Origin: Lama glama
Taxonomy: Eukaryota
Direction of reading: 5' to 3'
Length of the DNA stretch: 64,000 nt
Assembly: GCA_028534125.1 (NCBI GenBank)
Contig: CM052817.1
Span: forward strand, 37,512,001 to 37,576,000
The notes under the pieces: model-generated
The model's database searches: none
What the model was told of the DNA's origin: nothing
The model's input: only the letters and a program-made list of their open reading frames with translations
Translations under genes and position numbers: made by a program
Part shown: positions 48,141 through 61,089 of the stretch, piece after piece
How the letters are laid out: every line of letters starts with the position of its first letter
Position numbering within the stretch: position 1 is the stretch's first letter

Positions 48141-49136
48141 CTATTCATAGGTTGCCATCACCCCAGTCTGATCCTACAGGGAATATATTTTCCATAAGAT
48201 TTTAGGATGTGAGAAAGTTCAGATAAAGAATTCGTAGGGCTCTGATGCACAAGGTCATCAGAGCTAGTCAATTTAAATTTTTAATCAACTTCTTCAGAGT
48301 GTTTCATTGACATCTATATGAACTTACTCTGCAGAACTAGATTTTCTATAACTTCAATCTCAACATGTGGTCCTACAGAGTAAAATTTAAATATTTCAGT
48401 TCTGATTGAGATATTTTTCCAGAGCTAAATTAGTTTCTTCTGCTGGCGCCTTTTCAAGAGGACCTGAAACCACTCTCTTGACCATTTATATTGGGTACTG
48501 CGGTTATTTATCTCAGTCTCAGCACAGGGACGCACCCAAGAAAAACCGACAAGTGGGAGATCTGTCACCCCCAAACTGTGATGGTATATAACTTCCCTGC
48601 CCTGGGTGCATACTTCCCGTGCCCCCTGCCTTGTTTCCCATGTTCTTTCCTTCATCTGGAAAGCCCTTCCATTTATCTTCAACCTACTTATTATTTTTGT
48701 TCTTCAAATTCCAATTCAAGTGCCACCGATCACGTACTCTAGCCTCTGATTCCCCCTTTCCTCTTGCAGTGTAGATTATAGAGATTGTACAATATAATCT
48801 GTCACTAGAACCATGGCCCTCTATTGCTTCATGTATGTTGGTCTTATCTTCCCAAACAGTGTGTCAGTTTACTGTGGGTAAAGATGACTGAAACTTTAAT
48901 AATATTTACATCAGACAGCCTAACAATAGGCACAAAATAGACAGTTCAGCAGGTATTGCTGACTGATCAGGGGTATTGTTTTCAAAATGAATATGAAGTT
49001 GAAATCTTGGCTTCATTTGTGACACCTTTATAAACTTGACCTTGTAATTTTCATCCTAAGCATGGAACATCTTTTAAAGTTTGTGGCAAAAATCATGCAT
49101 GTACCTTGGAGTCATCTGACATAGTTTGCTTCTTAC

Positions 49137-49299
49137 CAATATCCTGGGCATCTTGGTTGCTCTGTCTCGCTCTCATCTGCAGCTGGAACTTATGCTGGGA
49201 AGAGCAGAGGTGCAGCAGGTACTGGCATGTCTTACTGTTGTCTGTCTGGAAGGCATGTTTTATTCCATCTGATGTATTTTGCAATGTGATTTTCTTTTT
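49137..49299 (-). CDS. PTPN13: PTPN13 exon, FERM C-terminal part (KKKITLQNTSDGIKHAFQTD...NQDAQDI)
   Basis: tag|AAA acceptor, TTG|gtaag donor, 163 nt, phase 0-1. Confidence 0.96.
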
Positions 49300-49951
49300 C
49301 TACAATATTAATTGGGGTATTAAAAATTACTATATCATCCTGTCACTTTATTACATGACCAAATTTTATAAGCAATAATTATTAAGTAGAGATATTATTT
49401 TTATTTCACATCATTAGGCATGAATATTTCTTGACCTATATCTAATAGAAATATAGAAATACATAATTTTGTATTATTACAAATTCAGAAAATACATGAA
49501 ATTAATATTATTTGCTTAATATAAGTAATGTTATATTACTTTTAGAAATTGTAGCCTAAATTAGACTGTACAGAGTGTAACCAGCCACTAGCATGGGAAA
49601 CAGTTTCCTTTAACTAGATTACTGATGTTTTGAGTTTACTGCAATGTTTACAAACACCAAAACTGTTTGAAAAAGAAATTATAAGAAATACGTGCTCTAC
49701 TTCCTTGGATAAAGAAAATGAAGTTCAACAAAAGCTGATGTATTAATACGTAGTAATAAGAGCTGTGGTTCAGTCAAGAAAAATCTTGGTGGCAAGAAAG
49801 CTAGGATAGAAGTTGTGGGAAGTTAAGGAAAATGTTGGAATGTAGAGGCACCGGATAACGTGCCTGGGCTGAGAGATGAAACACATCAGTATTCCCTCCA
49901 AATTCAGGGAAAGGAGGCAAATGACAAATCAGTTTTATCTCCCTGTTTCTT

Positions 49952-50126
49952 TTTTTTCTTTTAAAAAATATTTTATTTATTTATTATAGTATTATTTAAT
50001 TATTTAATTTTGGTGGTGGTGGGAGGCAATTAGGTTTATTTATCTTTAGAGGACATACTGGGGATTGAACCCAGGACCTCAAGCACGCTACGCATGCGCT
50101 CTACCACTTGAGCTATACCCTCCCCC
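49952..50126 (-). mobile_element. tRNA-derived SINE (Vic-1-like) with 17-bp TSD
   Basis: TSD ttatctccctg(t/c)ttctt at 49935-49951 and 50127-50143; A and B boxes on the minus strand. Confidence 0.93.
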
Positions 50127-51883
50127 TTATCTCCCTGCTTCTTAAAAAACAAATGTCTCTTAGGTAAGGGGACATTCCAAAATATAGTGATCTATGTGGT
50201 GAGGCTTGCAGTGATCCATATACCTTAAAAGACTGGCATTCAACATGTCAGGGATCTAAGCCTAACATCCCTGAAGAATTGTTTAAGCCCAGTTAGATTC
50301 CACTGTAGCTCTGGCTTCTTCCACTGTGCAGATTATTCCCTCTGCTTCATATCTTTGTCTTCTATCAAATGCAGAAATAGGCACAGATAAGTCAGATTTG
50401 GCAGGCTCACAAAAAATATAGAGTATTACTCCAACTTCAATGATGCAGGTGCCATCTTCATAATTCCTGGTCTTGTTTATCTAAAAATTTTTGAACTGCT
50501 TAACTTCACTTGAAAAACTTAACATCACAATTGGAAATAGAAAGCTAGTACCACTTGCCATAAATAGAATTCAGCCATAAAGATATGTAATTAATGCAAT
50601 AAAAACAAAATAAGACTATTAAATCCTAGCTGGATGTTGTTACCAATGAAATCTCAGGGCCGCTGTTCTCTTTTTGTCAAAAAATGAAATCAGCAGGTAT
50701 TAGAGAGGAGTTAAACATATAGTAGCACCAAACAAGTATGGTGACTACCAGTAGTATACCTAGTAACTTCAAATACTTGGAATTTTTTTCCTAACAAACA
50801 TTGGACTTAACCACTGTCAAGTAATTCTCAAGGATGTTGAACTCCACAGTTGTAAAGCTGTGCAACTTTGAAACAAATCACAAGGATAATTGAGTTTAAG
50901 TGCTAACTGATGGACTGGACCAGGCATGTGCCTAAGGAAATTCAGTTGGAAGAGATAAGAAGGGCGAAGGGTGACCTTTCTATCTTCCCAGAGGCTAGTG
51001 GAGGAAAAAAGGAGGGTCAAAAAAAGAGAGCTCTGTGTTAGAGAAAGAACTTCAGGATAAATAAGTACTGTTAAACAAGGGAATGGTTTGCATGGAAATA
51101 TGTTCTAGTCTTTATTAATGAAGATCTTTACAAATGAGCTAATCACAGCTGATTCTATTTTTATGACAGGGCTGATGTGATAGCTGGCAAATGACAGAGA
51201 GCTAAATGCTGAATGGTTATTTGATTTGCTGCCTTTTCACAGTTGGTCCAAATTAGATTTGCATTTAATTAACCTAAGGTTTCCTCTAAGCACTTGCTCT
51301 GCCGGCACTTCCACTGGGGAAGCTAAGTTAAACCTAGATAATTTCCTGGTCTTGACAATCTTGGGAAAATAAGGATGGTCTGGGTTTTCCTGAGAGAACA
51401 CATTATTATCTGGTAATCTTAGTGGGACTGCTGGGTTTTATAGGAAACCAACCAACTAACCATCAGGCCTAGAACTGATTTCAAAGGTCTCTAGGTTGAA
51501 GATTATCCAGGATCAGTTAGGACCTTGATATTATATCCTTATAAACATTGTTCTAGTGAGACCAGACTTCAGCCCAAATATAAACTAAAGATGTCCGTAG
51601 TCCCTGAATACCATTAGAAAAACAATTACCTGAACATATTTTTGACTTACCTCTGGGGTTTGCCAACTACCCTTCAATGTTCAGATTTTCCAACTATGTC
51701 CAAAATCAAAATATGCCTTTATAGTTCACTGTCTTTCATAAGCATGATTTTCTAAAAAAATCGCTTTTCTAACTTTATCACCATAGATAGTATACACTAA
51801 AACTTAAAACTGTAAAAAGTCCTGTGGCTACTTCATAAAATCCAATAAATTTCTGAACCACTGAGATTCAAATACAGTGCTGT

Positions 51884-52383
51884 NNNNNNNNNNNNNNNNN
51901 NNNNNNNNNNNNNNNNNNNNNNNNNNNNNNNNNNNNNNNNNNNNNNNNNNNNNNNNNNNNNNNNNNNNNNNNNNNNNNNNNNNNNNNNNNNNNNNNNNNN
52001 NNNNNNNNNNNNNNNNNNNNNNNNNNNNNNNNNNNNNNNNNNNNNNNNNNNNNNNNNNNNNNNNNNNNNNNNNNNNNNNNNNNNNNNNNNNNNNNNNNNN
52101 NNNNNNNNNNNNNNNNNNNNNNNNNNNNNNNNNNNNNNNNNNNNNNNNNNNNNNNNNNNNNNNNNNNNNNNNNNNNNNNNNNNNNNNNNNNNNNNNNNNN
52201 NNNNNNNNNNNNNNNNNNNNNNNNNNNNNNNNNNNNNNNNNNNNNNNNNNNNNNNNNNNNNNNNNNNNNNNNNNNNNNNNNNNNNNNNNNNNNNNNNNNN
52301 NNNNNNNNNNNNNNNNNNNNNNNNNNNNNNNNNNNNNNNNNNNNNNNNNNNNNNNNNNNNNNNNNNNNNNNNNNNNNNNNNNN
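51884..52383. other. Assembly gap (500 N)
   Basis: Run of exactly 500 N, probably a placeholder length. Confidence 0.99.
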
Positions 52384-52478
52384 TAAAGATAAATATAGAC
52401 AATATGGAAACAAATGAACATGGTCAAGCTCCAATAAAACTTTATTTACAAAATAGGTAGGCCACAGTTTTGAAACCT
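52384..52478 (+). mobile_element. MER58-like hAT-Charlie fragment abutting the gap
   Basis: tagacaatatggaaacaaatgaacatgg...ccaataaaactttatttacaaa...gccacagttt. Confidence 0.75.
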
Positions 52479-52494
52479 TACTCTTTATAATACT

Positions 52495-52597
52495 TGTGGA
52501 GGTGGTTGCCAACTGATTGTATATTTTTAAAACTCACTGAATTGAACATTTAAAAGTGGTGAATTTTATAGTGTGTAAACTATACCTCAATAAAGCA
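52495..52597 (+). mobile_element. Old L1 3' end
   Basis: aaaactcactgaattgaacatttaaaagtggtgaattttatagtgtgtaaactatacctcaataaag. Confidence 0.75.
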
Positions 52598-53829
52598 GAT
52601 GTACAAAAAGATACAAAAATTTTTCAAAGGCCGTATGATATATAGCAGAAGGGTAACCTTTGAAAGATGTATTAATGAGATTAAAGAAAAATTCTCAGGT
52701 TTGAAGAAAGATGCTAAAGCTAAAGAGAAAAGGAGTAACAGGACACATCATTCAAAGGAGAGGGACAGCCTACTATGCATTAAGCACGGTACCTAAAGGA
52801 GGAAGATTGAAGCTCAGAGAGGTTAAGTTCATTGTCCAAGTTCAGCCAGCTGGTTGAAACAAGAATTCAAATGCAAGACTGACTGAAAATTTCCATGCAA
52901 ATTCTTTCCACTGTGTTAGTCTGCTGTTTACCTTTGTTAATAAAAATATAACTTACTATTTACTTCCTACAAGTATAAAAGTGTAATAACTGAGGGAAAA
53001 AAAGCACATAATTTAATGTCTTTAAATGCAAGCTCAGACAAAACAAACCACCTTGCCTTTCCCACCATGAATCCTAGATTACAGGTGGTTTAAGTCTGTG
53101 AATGAAACCCCTTCATAGATATTTGCAGGGCTGGGAAACTTGGCTCCCTTCAATATAGAACAGCAAATTTAAGGCATACTCTTGTTACATCCTGGAAAGA
53201 AGAGAATGGTCTGAAGTTTCTCTTCTCAACAGAATATTATCTTATGTTTGCTATTCACACTGGAAGTTTACATAATACTATTTTTTCTGATCATAAATGC
53301 ACTCTTATTTATCTGAGGTCTCACAGGAAGCTGGTGGCAGAACTGGAACTATAAATCAATTTTCCTAACCCCCTTCCCCTACTAGTTGGCATTAGTGAAA
53401 AAACAATTTTTAGACGATATGATTAAATTTTATGCCTTTTAAGAAAAAACAAAGCAAAACAATTCTAGAATCAGCTTGAACTTGCCTCTCTTATCCAGAT
53501 AGTCACAAAATCCAATTGTTTCTTCTTTAATATATCTTGATTTTGAGAGTATGAAATAGGATAAAAGCATATAATCCATAGCCAGATAGATACAGGTTGA
53601 AATCAGTTTTGTTCCACATACCAGCCATTGACTTTGGGAAATACATTTCCTCAGTTCCGTCTTTTACAAAATGAGAATTGAAATACCACGGTTTTAGTCA
53701 GGAATAAATGAGATGAGATAATGCATATAGCATCAATTATTGGCATCTGAGCTTTTAAATGTATGTCCTCCAACATTTCTTGCTTTGAAAAAGATACAAA
53801 GTTTACCATTTGTAATCTTTCACACTTAC

Positions 53830-53982
53830 CTTTAAAAATTCTAACTCTGTCTCTTTTTCAGAAGCTCCCACATAGGTATTATGCAATTTGGGTAACTCTT
53901 CTTTGATATAGGATAAATCAAGTTTCTCCATCACTCTGGGAGGCAAATAATGCTCTAGTCTAAAATAAGACATGCCATGAAC
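53830..53982 (-). CDS. PTPN13: PTPN13 exon, FERM (VHGMSYFRLEHYLPPRVMEK...KETELEFLK)
   Basis: tag|GTT acceptor, AAG|gtaag donor, 153 nt, phase 0-0. Confidence 0.96.
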
Positions 53983-54697
53983 CTAGAAAAGAGAGTGTCT
54001 TTGTAAGTAAGCAATTCTGTTTGCCCTCTTCCTTGTATCTTAAAGTTCTTGCCTCAGCCAAGAGATCAGGCACTTCTATTTATAATTCTCTTGGAGGAAT
54101 GAGTTTTAGAGGACATGCCTTAGTCTTTCTCTTTTATTCAGTGACTGAACTGTTTGGCAAGCTTCAGGAGAAGAGTGACAATTACAGGCCAAATGTCACT
54201 ATAGTTTAGGGTTAATGTCATGAAGGATGCTGCTTGAGTGGTGCAGTCTCTTGCTTCTTGCTTTCTCTTAGGTCCACTTATCTTTAGGAACATTTGGCTT
54301 TGAACACCTGTTCTCCATACAGTGAGGCCTGCTAGGTTCTCAGCCCGTCAATGCATGGATCTGTGTGGAAGGTGGAAGACTCCTTTGATCCAGATTTGGT
54401 CGCTAACCCTTATGTCTAATATCTATTAGTTAGATATGGGGAGAAGGAAGGATAAGTGCTAAATATACTAGAACTCTGAAACAGGATAATTTCAAACAGA
54501 AAAAAAAAAAAGAAATCTTACACTATGGTTTTAAATAACCAGTATACATGGAGAACTTGGTCATTTTGAGGCACCAAACTAACCTCAAAAATCTCCAGAT
54601 CTAAAGAGCAAACATCTCAAGCAGGTTTATTCTTTAATTATGCTGAGGATAAGAACACCACTGCAAAGGTGGTCCTGGAGAAGGAAAAAAATCCTAC

Positions 54698-54836
54698 CTC
54701 TGGTTGATAATCTCCATACTCAGCCTGGAGAGCCAAGGATGCTAGCAACAAAGAAGTCTCGTCATCACAGTGCATCCTTTCCTCCAAGATATCTTTTCGC
54801 AGCTGAAGATAATACTGATGACAGGTCAGAGTATGT
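54698..54836 (-). CDS. PTPN13: PTPN13 exon, FERM ([46 protein letters not shown])
   Basis: cag|A acceptor, GAG|gtagg donor, 139 nt, phase 2-0; typical [12 protein letters not shown] motif. Confidence 0.97.
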
Positions 54837-55100
54837 CTGGGAAAACAAACACACACACAAAACATGCAAGCTTCGACCTTTAATCTCGGGGTGATTTTTA
54901 CTATTGGCATTACAAGTTTAGTTGCCAAGATGGTTTGTGATTAAGCACAAGAATTTAATAAGCTATGTTGAAGGAAATATTTCTTTTATGATAAAGAAGA
55001 CCTTATCTCTGATCAGAATCAAATAACTCAGTATCAGTAAACTTAAGGGTCCAAAGACCAGGGGCCAAAAAGAGAAATACAGAAACTCCTGTGTACTTAC

Positions 55101-55254
55101 TGTATCAGACTAACATCATCCATGAAAAATTTAATTCGGAAAAACAAAGTAAAATTAACAGCGGCTTTGCTCTTTTTCTTTGGTTCTTCTTTCCATCCCT
55201 CTGGAGCCACTTTGGTTAATTTTAAATCAGGATCAACAAAGAAATATTCATGAT
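55101..55254 (-). CDS. PTPN13: PTPN13 exon, FERM (DHEYFFVDPDLKLTKVAPEGWKEEP...FFMDDVSLIQ)
   Basis: tag|AT acceptor, CA|gtaag donor, 154 nt, phase 1-2. Confidence 0.96.
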
Positions 55255-55414
55255 CTAGAACAGAATGAGAAGCACTGAGATAAAAATATGCTAATGTTTT
55301 CTTTTACTTTCTTCATTTTTTGGTCAAACTTACACAAAACAGATTACATGAGAATAAAACAGGATTACTGAGAAGTAGGGCAGGGAATTTTGAGGCACTA
55401 CATATGGATAGGAG

Positions 55415-55678
55415 GCAACATGGCTCAGTCTTTTAAAAATAAGGGCTGTGAAGATAGAACTGAATTCAACTCCTAGTCACATCATTTATTATCTGTGTGA
55501 TACTGAATGAATTATATAATCTTTCTAGACATCAATTTTCTTGTCTATAAAGTCAGGATAGTGCTAAGTCCTGGTATTTTGGGTTGTTGTAGAGGTCAAA
55601 TGACATAATGGATATAAAACACTTGGTAGTTCAAAGCATGTGGCACATGCTCGGCATTCAATAAATATTAGCTATTAT
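55415..55678 (+). mobile_element. MIR SINE
   Basis: tctgtgtgatactgaatgaattat...gggttgttgtagaggtcaaatgacataatggatataaaacactt...aataaatattagctatt. Confidence 0.8.
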
Positions 55679-56805
55679 TTGTTACAGCTAAGCTACCAGT
55701 TGAAACCAAGAAGGAACAATGATCATCATTTTATTTTTAATGTCATCACCTAAGTATTACTTACTCTCTCCAGCTAAAAGATTGTTCAATAAAATCTTAC
55801 TTATCCAGAATGTTCAAGAAATTAGGTGTAATTTAAATAAAAATTCTGATTAATTACATATTTTTGTATAGATAGTATTGCCTGGTTATTCTAAAATTAT
55901 TATTAATAAAATTAATAAAAATTATATAATTAATGTAGTATCAACAGGTACTAATTGAAAATTTATTGGATAACTACAAAATAAATGATTAGTTTATAAG
56001 GACCAAAAAAAGTAGTTGAAAGATATATTTCTTTTATGACAAAGATGGCATTATCCTGATCTTACAAGGTTTCAGGGTGATTTGATCCTTCAATTTTAAT
56101 TAATTGTGCTTTGTTGTCAAAGTTTTTTAAAGTTAAGTTTTGAGGTAAACTGGAATCTGAAATGTTGAAGAGTAATTTATATATATGATAATTTATTAAC
56201 GAAATATTTATTAAAACCCAACTCCAAAAGTTTCTTATTGTTATAACAATTCTAATTGATAGGTGGCAGCAGCTTCTACTGCAGCTGTGTTCTGAGACCT
56301 CTGTGGTCGTGAATGTCACAGAGGTCAGTGAATATAATGCTTAAAAAATACGTGAAATGACTTATTTTCAGTCATGAACTAACCATACTTACAAAAGACA
56401 CCATATATTCCTAGGATTGTAAGTTAAAGAAGTTTATACAGAGATTCAGAAATAGGGTCCGGCTATATATTCAAATTTGTATTAGCAGGGTACTGCTTTC
56501 TAGAGTATATACATATGTGGGCAAAATAATGGTCCTTAAAATATAACAGTTAAAATCATTTTTATATAGCCAATGCCAAAGAAAAAAAATCTTCATGGTC
56601 AGGTGCAGGAGATGCTAAAAAGATACAGCTATTAAAATAATGTACCTAGTTAGGAAAAGGAAGGGAGTTCCTAACTCCTACTTCTCAATGCTGACATATT
56701 CATAGGGTTAATATTCCCTAAAACAAGGTTAGGCAGAGCAAGTATAGGAAGTTGTCTTATTAACAAGTTTCCATAGTGTACCCTGAATTTATAATGTCTT
56801 GGTAC

Positions 56806-56980
56806 CTTTGAGGGTAGCTAAAGCAAACAAATGATGTTCCACTAAGCCAATATGGGCCACAACCATATCAAATACATCTTTACATATAGTTTTGGTATCA
56901 CAAGTCAGTTCCAGTCTCTGCCCATTCAGAAGCATTATGTTTACTTTTCTTCGGTTATCCTCATTCTTCCCTTTCTTGGT
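56806..56980 (-). CDS. PTPN13: PTPN13 exon, FERM start (TKKGKNEDNRRKVNIMLLNGQRLELTCDTK...ATLK)
   Basis: tag|ACC acceptor, AAAG|gtacc donor, 175 nt, phase 0-1. Confidence 0.96.
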
Positions 56981-57105
56981 CTACAATTGAAAAAAAACGA
57001 ATGGTGCTTATTAATGCGAACATTATAAGAACTGCAACTTAAAAAAAAAAAACCCTTTACTGAATTTATTTTCTAAAAGTGACACAAAGCGGTTTTATTA
57101 CTTAC

Positions 57106-57180
57106 AAGGATAGACCGTGGCAAATCCAAAGATATAAATGGTTCAACCGTCATTTTCACAAACTCAGGGCCAAAGAAATT
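57106..57180 (-). CDS. PTPN13: PTPN13 exon (NFFGPEFVKMTVEPFISLDLPRSIL)
   Basis: cag|AAT acceptor, CTT|gtaag donor, 75 nt, phase 0-0; not in the ORF track. Confidence 0.96.
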
Positions 57181-59379
57181 CTGTGAATCACATAAGTAGA
57201 ATCAATAGTTTCAATCATTTATTCCAGCTGTTTCTTTGAAATAAAAATAATGTAATAATAATAATAATAAACTACATGCAAAACCACTGTATTCGAACTA
57301 GGTGATGTGAAACAAATGTAAAAACTTTCAATAAGCAAGTATAGTGGAATTTACCAAGAACAGGAATGGAATGTGCCTCACTCCTAAGGGTGAAAAAAAG
57401 TTTTACCTCAGCTTTGTTTTCTACCAGTGATGTAAAATAAAGCCTTGCTGTATATTGTTTTACAAGTTTTTCATGTTTTGGACCCCAAGTAGACCCACAC
57501 TCTCAAAAAAATTAGCAGTCTCAATTATTAAAGTAACATAGAGTTGTCAAGCTCATATAAGGATTTGGTTTAATATTGCTAATGTGTAAACTGATTGAAC
57601 AGAATCTCATTATTTCAGAGAGTGGTATTCAATTTGTCCTAAAACAAGTCATAGTTAATGGACAATGTCTACTTTGTGATTAAAAAAAGATACCCATCTG
57701 TAATCATGTTCTTGGAAGCCTGTACATTTTTGGTTCCAATTAGTGACAACTAGGGATGGTATAGGTATCAAATCTCTGCCCCCCACTGCTGCCTTTAGTA
57801 AGAAAACAGTATCTTAGGAGTTGGGAGGACTCAGAAGCCGGAGAAAGTAAAGCCCATACTTTGCATTTACTGCCTTTCAATCTGTTCTTTCCCTTAACTT
57901 TTTGTATATCCACGGGTTTCTGCCCAGAAAGGAGAACTGATTGAAGAGATAACTTAAAACAAGTAAGACTCCAGATGGGAGCAGGATTCAGAAGACACTG
58001 AAAGATTATGTCCAAATGGGCAAAAAGCAGAATGAACACAGGGATACTCTCCAGGCCAAAGGCAGGTGGGGTGTGTGTGTGGGTGCGCTCTTATGCATGC
58101 ATGTGTTTGAACTCATGGGGGTTACTGGAGTTTTATTTTTGTTGGTTTCTTCTCTGCATTTCGCTGTACAGCTCATTAGGCTGCTTGATGTGGGAATTCT
58201 ATCTAATCAACTGGGCGTGGAACATGTGACAGATACCATGTTAAGTAAAACTTTAACATTAAGCATTTGTTAATATTCAACGAACCAACAGGACACATTT
58301 TAAATGAGAACAGAAACAGTAGAAGAAACACAGAATCTGATACAGATCAACTAAGGCAACAGGGTATGAACCTTAAAATGTGCCTACACCAAAAGTAATA
58401 TAGAAAAAAATTAACCCAAAACTTATGTTTTAGGAAAAAAACATTACTGCAATTGTGAAATTGTTCTTCCCAATACCAGTATTCCTTTTCAGCCTCAAAA
58501 ATATATCCTTCCTGTTTTTTGTTTAGAAAAAACACTATGTGGCCCTTTAATGACCAGTAGTTCAAATTCTTTAGTCACTGATATAGCATGTCTCTGATGA
58601 ACAAAGTATGTTTTTGAAGTAATCAGAATCTGATTGCCTGAAAGGAAACACAAGTTTTTAGTAGGATGACACGTAACAGTGGTATACTATAAGGGTACAG
58701 ACTACCATTTATGACTCTAAATGAGCCAAAGTTCTGCATTAGCTCTCTGAAACAATGGTTTAGGAAAAAGATGTGTGTCTATATATGTATGTATGTGCCC
58801 TTTACACTTTATGTGTGTCTTTAATTATTAGAGACCCATGCTATTTTATATATTCTGCCTACTGCTTAATTTTGACAAATGTATTGGTTATAACGATAAA
58901 TTGATGAATCCTTATTGAATTTCTTCCTTTTAGCTTAAAATAAATTGTTGTATTTTATTGGAATCTAAGAACTTTAAAATTGGACATTGTCTTATAAATT
59001 ACAACCCAATTTCACACTTAAAAAATTAGCACAATGAGACACGAAGAGGTTAAAAATGTACATAAAGTCATACTTCCAGAAATTAAAAAGTGAATTACTA
59101 GAGGTTGAATCCAAGTCTTCTAATTTGTAGTTCAGTTTAATTTTCACTGTGTAATACTGTTTCTTCTCCTTAGCAAACTATGAGGGAAATTTGAATTCTA
59201 TCAATTTCAGGGTATACAAATATGCTTTCAAGATAATTCTTTGAAGCAATTAAAACCAAAACAGAATAGGATAATATACTTTCTTGATGAGAACTAAAAA
59301 GAAAAAATTCATCCCAGAATTTATCACTTTTACTAATATTTATTTTGCTTTTGAAGAATTATTTGTAAAAGAACAATAC

Positions 59380-59830
59380 AAATGAGATACTGCCTCACCT
59401 TTCAAATTGGTGATGATAAAAAAAGAATAATAGTATCAGAGTCAGTAAGAATATGGTGAAACAAGCATAATCCGAAGAAAAATAAATTGGAAGAAATTAA
59501 AAAAAAAATTTTGTTGCTCCATCATTAGCTGCATAGAAGAAATTTTTAAAGGGCAATTTGACAGTACATATAAAATGTCTTAAAAGGTATTTGCGTTGAC
59601 TTGGCTATTCCACTTGGAGGAAGTTATCTGCAAAGATTTAGCTATAAGGATGTTCATCAGAGCACTTCATGCAATAGCAACAACAAACGAGAAACATTTT
59701 AAATGTCCAATAATTGGAAACTGATTAAATACATTATGGTACATAGTAAAATCACATAATGGAGTACTTTACAGCCCTTAACATCATAAAAGTTGTAAAA
59801 TGTTCAGGATATTTTACATGAGAAAAGACT
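59380..59830 (+). mobile_element. Old L1ME-type fragment
   Basis: caaatgagatactg...ctattccactt...aaggatgttcatcagagcac...aaatgtccaataattgga; boundaries approximate. Confidence 0.7.
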
Positions 59831-59949
59831 ATAATCATTGTGTGTTTAAAGTATAAAGGATATACGTTTAAGAAATATAAACTAACTAAACACATAAAAG
59901 AAAAATCCCCCACAGATATAAGATGCAGTTTTCTTCCTTCCTGTCTTTG

Positions 59950-60150
59950 GGTATTGTAATGTGAGGATACGATGCTTGGAGCTAAAGCAGTCTTCTTTTA
60001 ACCACAAAGAGAATTACTGCCAAAATTCTGAGAATGGCAGGGCAGAAAGATGGAATGCACTTGACAGCATTCTTGAGCTTCTGAACCATCCTTGAACTCT
60101 CTGTCTCTGATCTTCATGGTTTGTAGGGGAATACATTTCTTAATATTAAA
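59950..60150 (+). mobile_element. MLT1J/K-like LTR fragment
   Basis: gatgcttggagctaaagcagtcttc...gagaatggcagggcagaaagatggaa; boundaries approximate. Confidence 0.55.
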
Positions 60151-60452
60151 AAATAATCCCCTGCAATACTGAATAAAGCCAGTTGACTTCAAGGATCATG
60201 AACATACTTTTAAAATATACAGTTAAGATGCCCTGAATCTATCTAATGTTATTTTAAAAATGAAATCATGAAAATAGCTAATATTTATTTTAATATCAAC
60301 CAACAAGCTATTTAACACCAATGGAAACTAATATGAGATTTTAATTTCGCCTACAGGCAACTTTAGGATACCCACAGAATTTTTTAAAGTACTTTGCCTA
60401 ATAACTCCCCATGAGACCAAGTTTAGATGCAGTAACCCGAGAGTCAGCTTAC

Positions 60453-60672
60453 CCTCAGTTTCCTTTGGGTCATGGCTGTTTCCAGGGCCATTTCTCTTAA
60501 GGGATCCCTGGTGATGTCAAGCATGGAAGCTTTGATCGTGTCTCCCGGATACAGGCTCAACCGGGACTGTCTAAGGGCCATTCTGGCTTGCAGCTGCATC
60601 ATTTCTTCTTCTTGCCGTTTCAGCATGATCTCCTGATTAATTAAGTTGCCTTCAAGGGGTGTTTCATATTGT
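60453..60672 (-). CDS. PTPN13: PTPN13 exon, pre-FERM region (QYETPLEGNLINQEIMLKRQEEEM...MTQRKLR)
   Basis: cag|A acceptor, AGG|gtaag donor, 220 nt, phase 2-0. Confidence 0.96.
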
Positions 60673-61089
60673 CTGCCATACAGAAAAGAAAAGAGGGTTG
60701 GGAAGAAAACAATTATTTTAAGTCTAATCAAGAAAAAATCTGGTTAGCTTTTTAACAGATTTCCTTTTTTCATCTCAGAAGAACCCTTGCAGTAACATTT
60801 CAGTGCTACTGTTAATATGTTTATAGTGGGGTGTCCTGTTTTCAGTAGTTTGATTTGTATCTTCCACTTCTTCTCTGAACATTCCAGCATCTTCTGAAAA
60901 CTGCTCCCCCCACAGTTCTCTCAGATAAGGGCTGTTCTATTCTCATAATCCTGCACCCACGGGCCTGGACAAGCAATACAGACTCCCCTTAATTTTTACT
61001 TCAGCTTCCAGATCATTACTGACCCCTCCTCCACTCGCCCCAGCTTCCCTGAAGTGCATGCTATAAAACCATACCATCCACTGCTCTGC

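Larger units (their letters stand above)
1496..60672 (-). other. PTPN13: PTPN13 gene body (partial): non-receptor tyrosine phosphatase 13, FERM + PDZ1-5 region
   Basis: 32 minus-strand exons translate to collinear, phase-compatible segments of PTPN13; the gene is open at both window ends. Confidence 0.99.

Noticed and set aside
9388..50126. tRNA-like A/B-box sequences as tRNA genes
   Set aside because: Five dispersed copies share a non-tRNA tail, poly(A) and in several cases TSDs, so they are SINEs
51828..52512. Four long ORFs (169-214 aa)
   Set aside because: Almost entirely X residues from the 500-N gap
54967..55014. Possible box C/D snoRNA (atgataa...ctga)
   Set aside because: Antisense to the host transcript, imperfect box C, and too short between boxes
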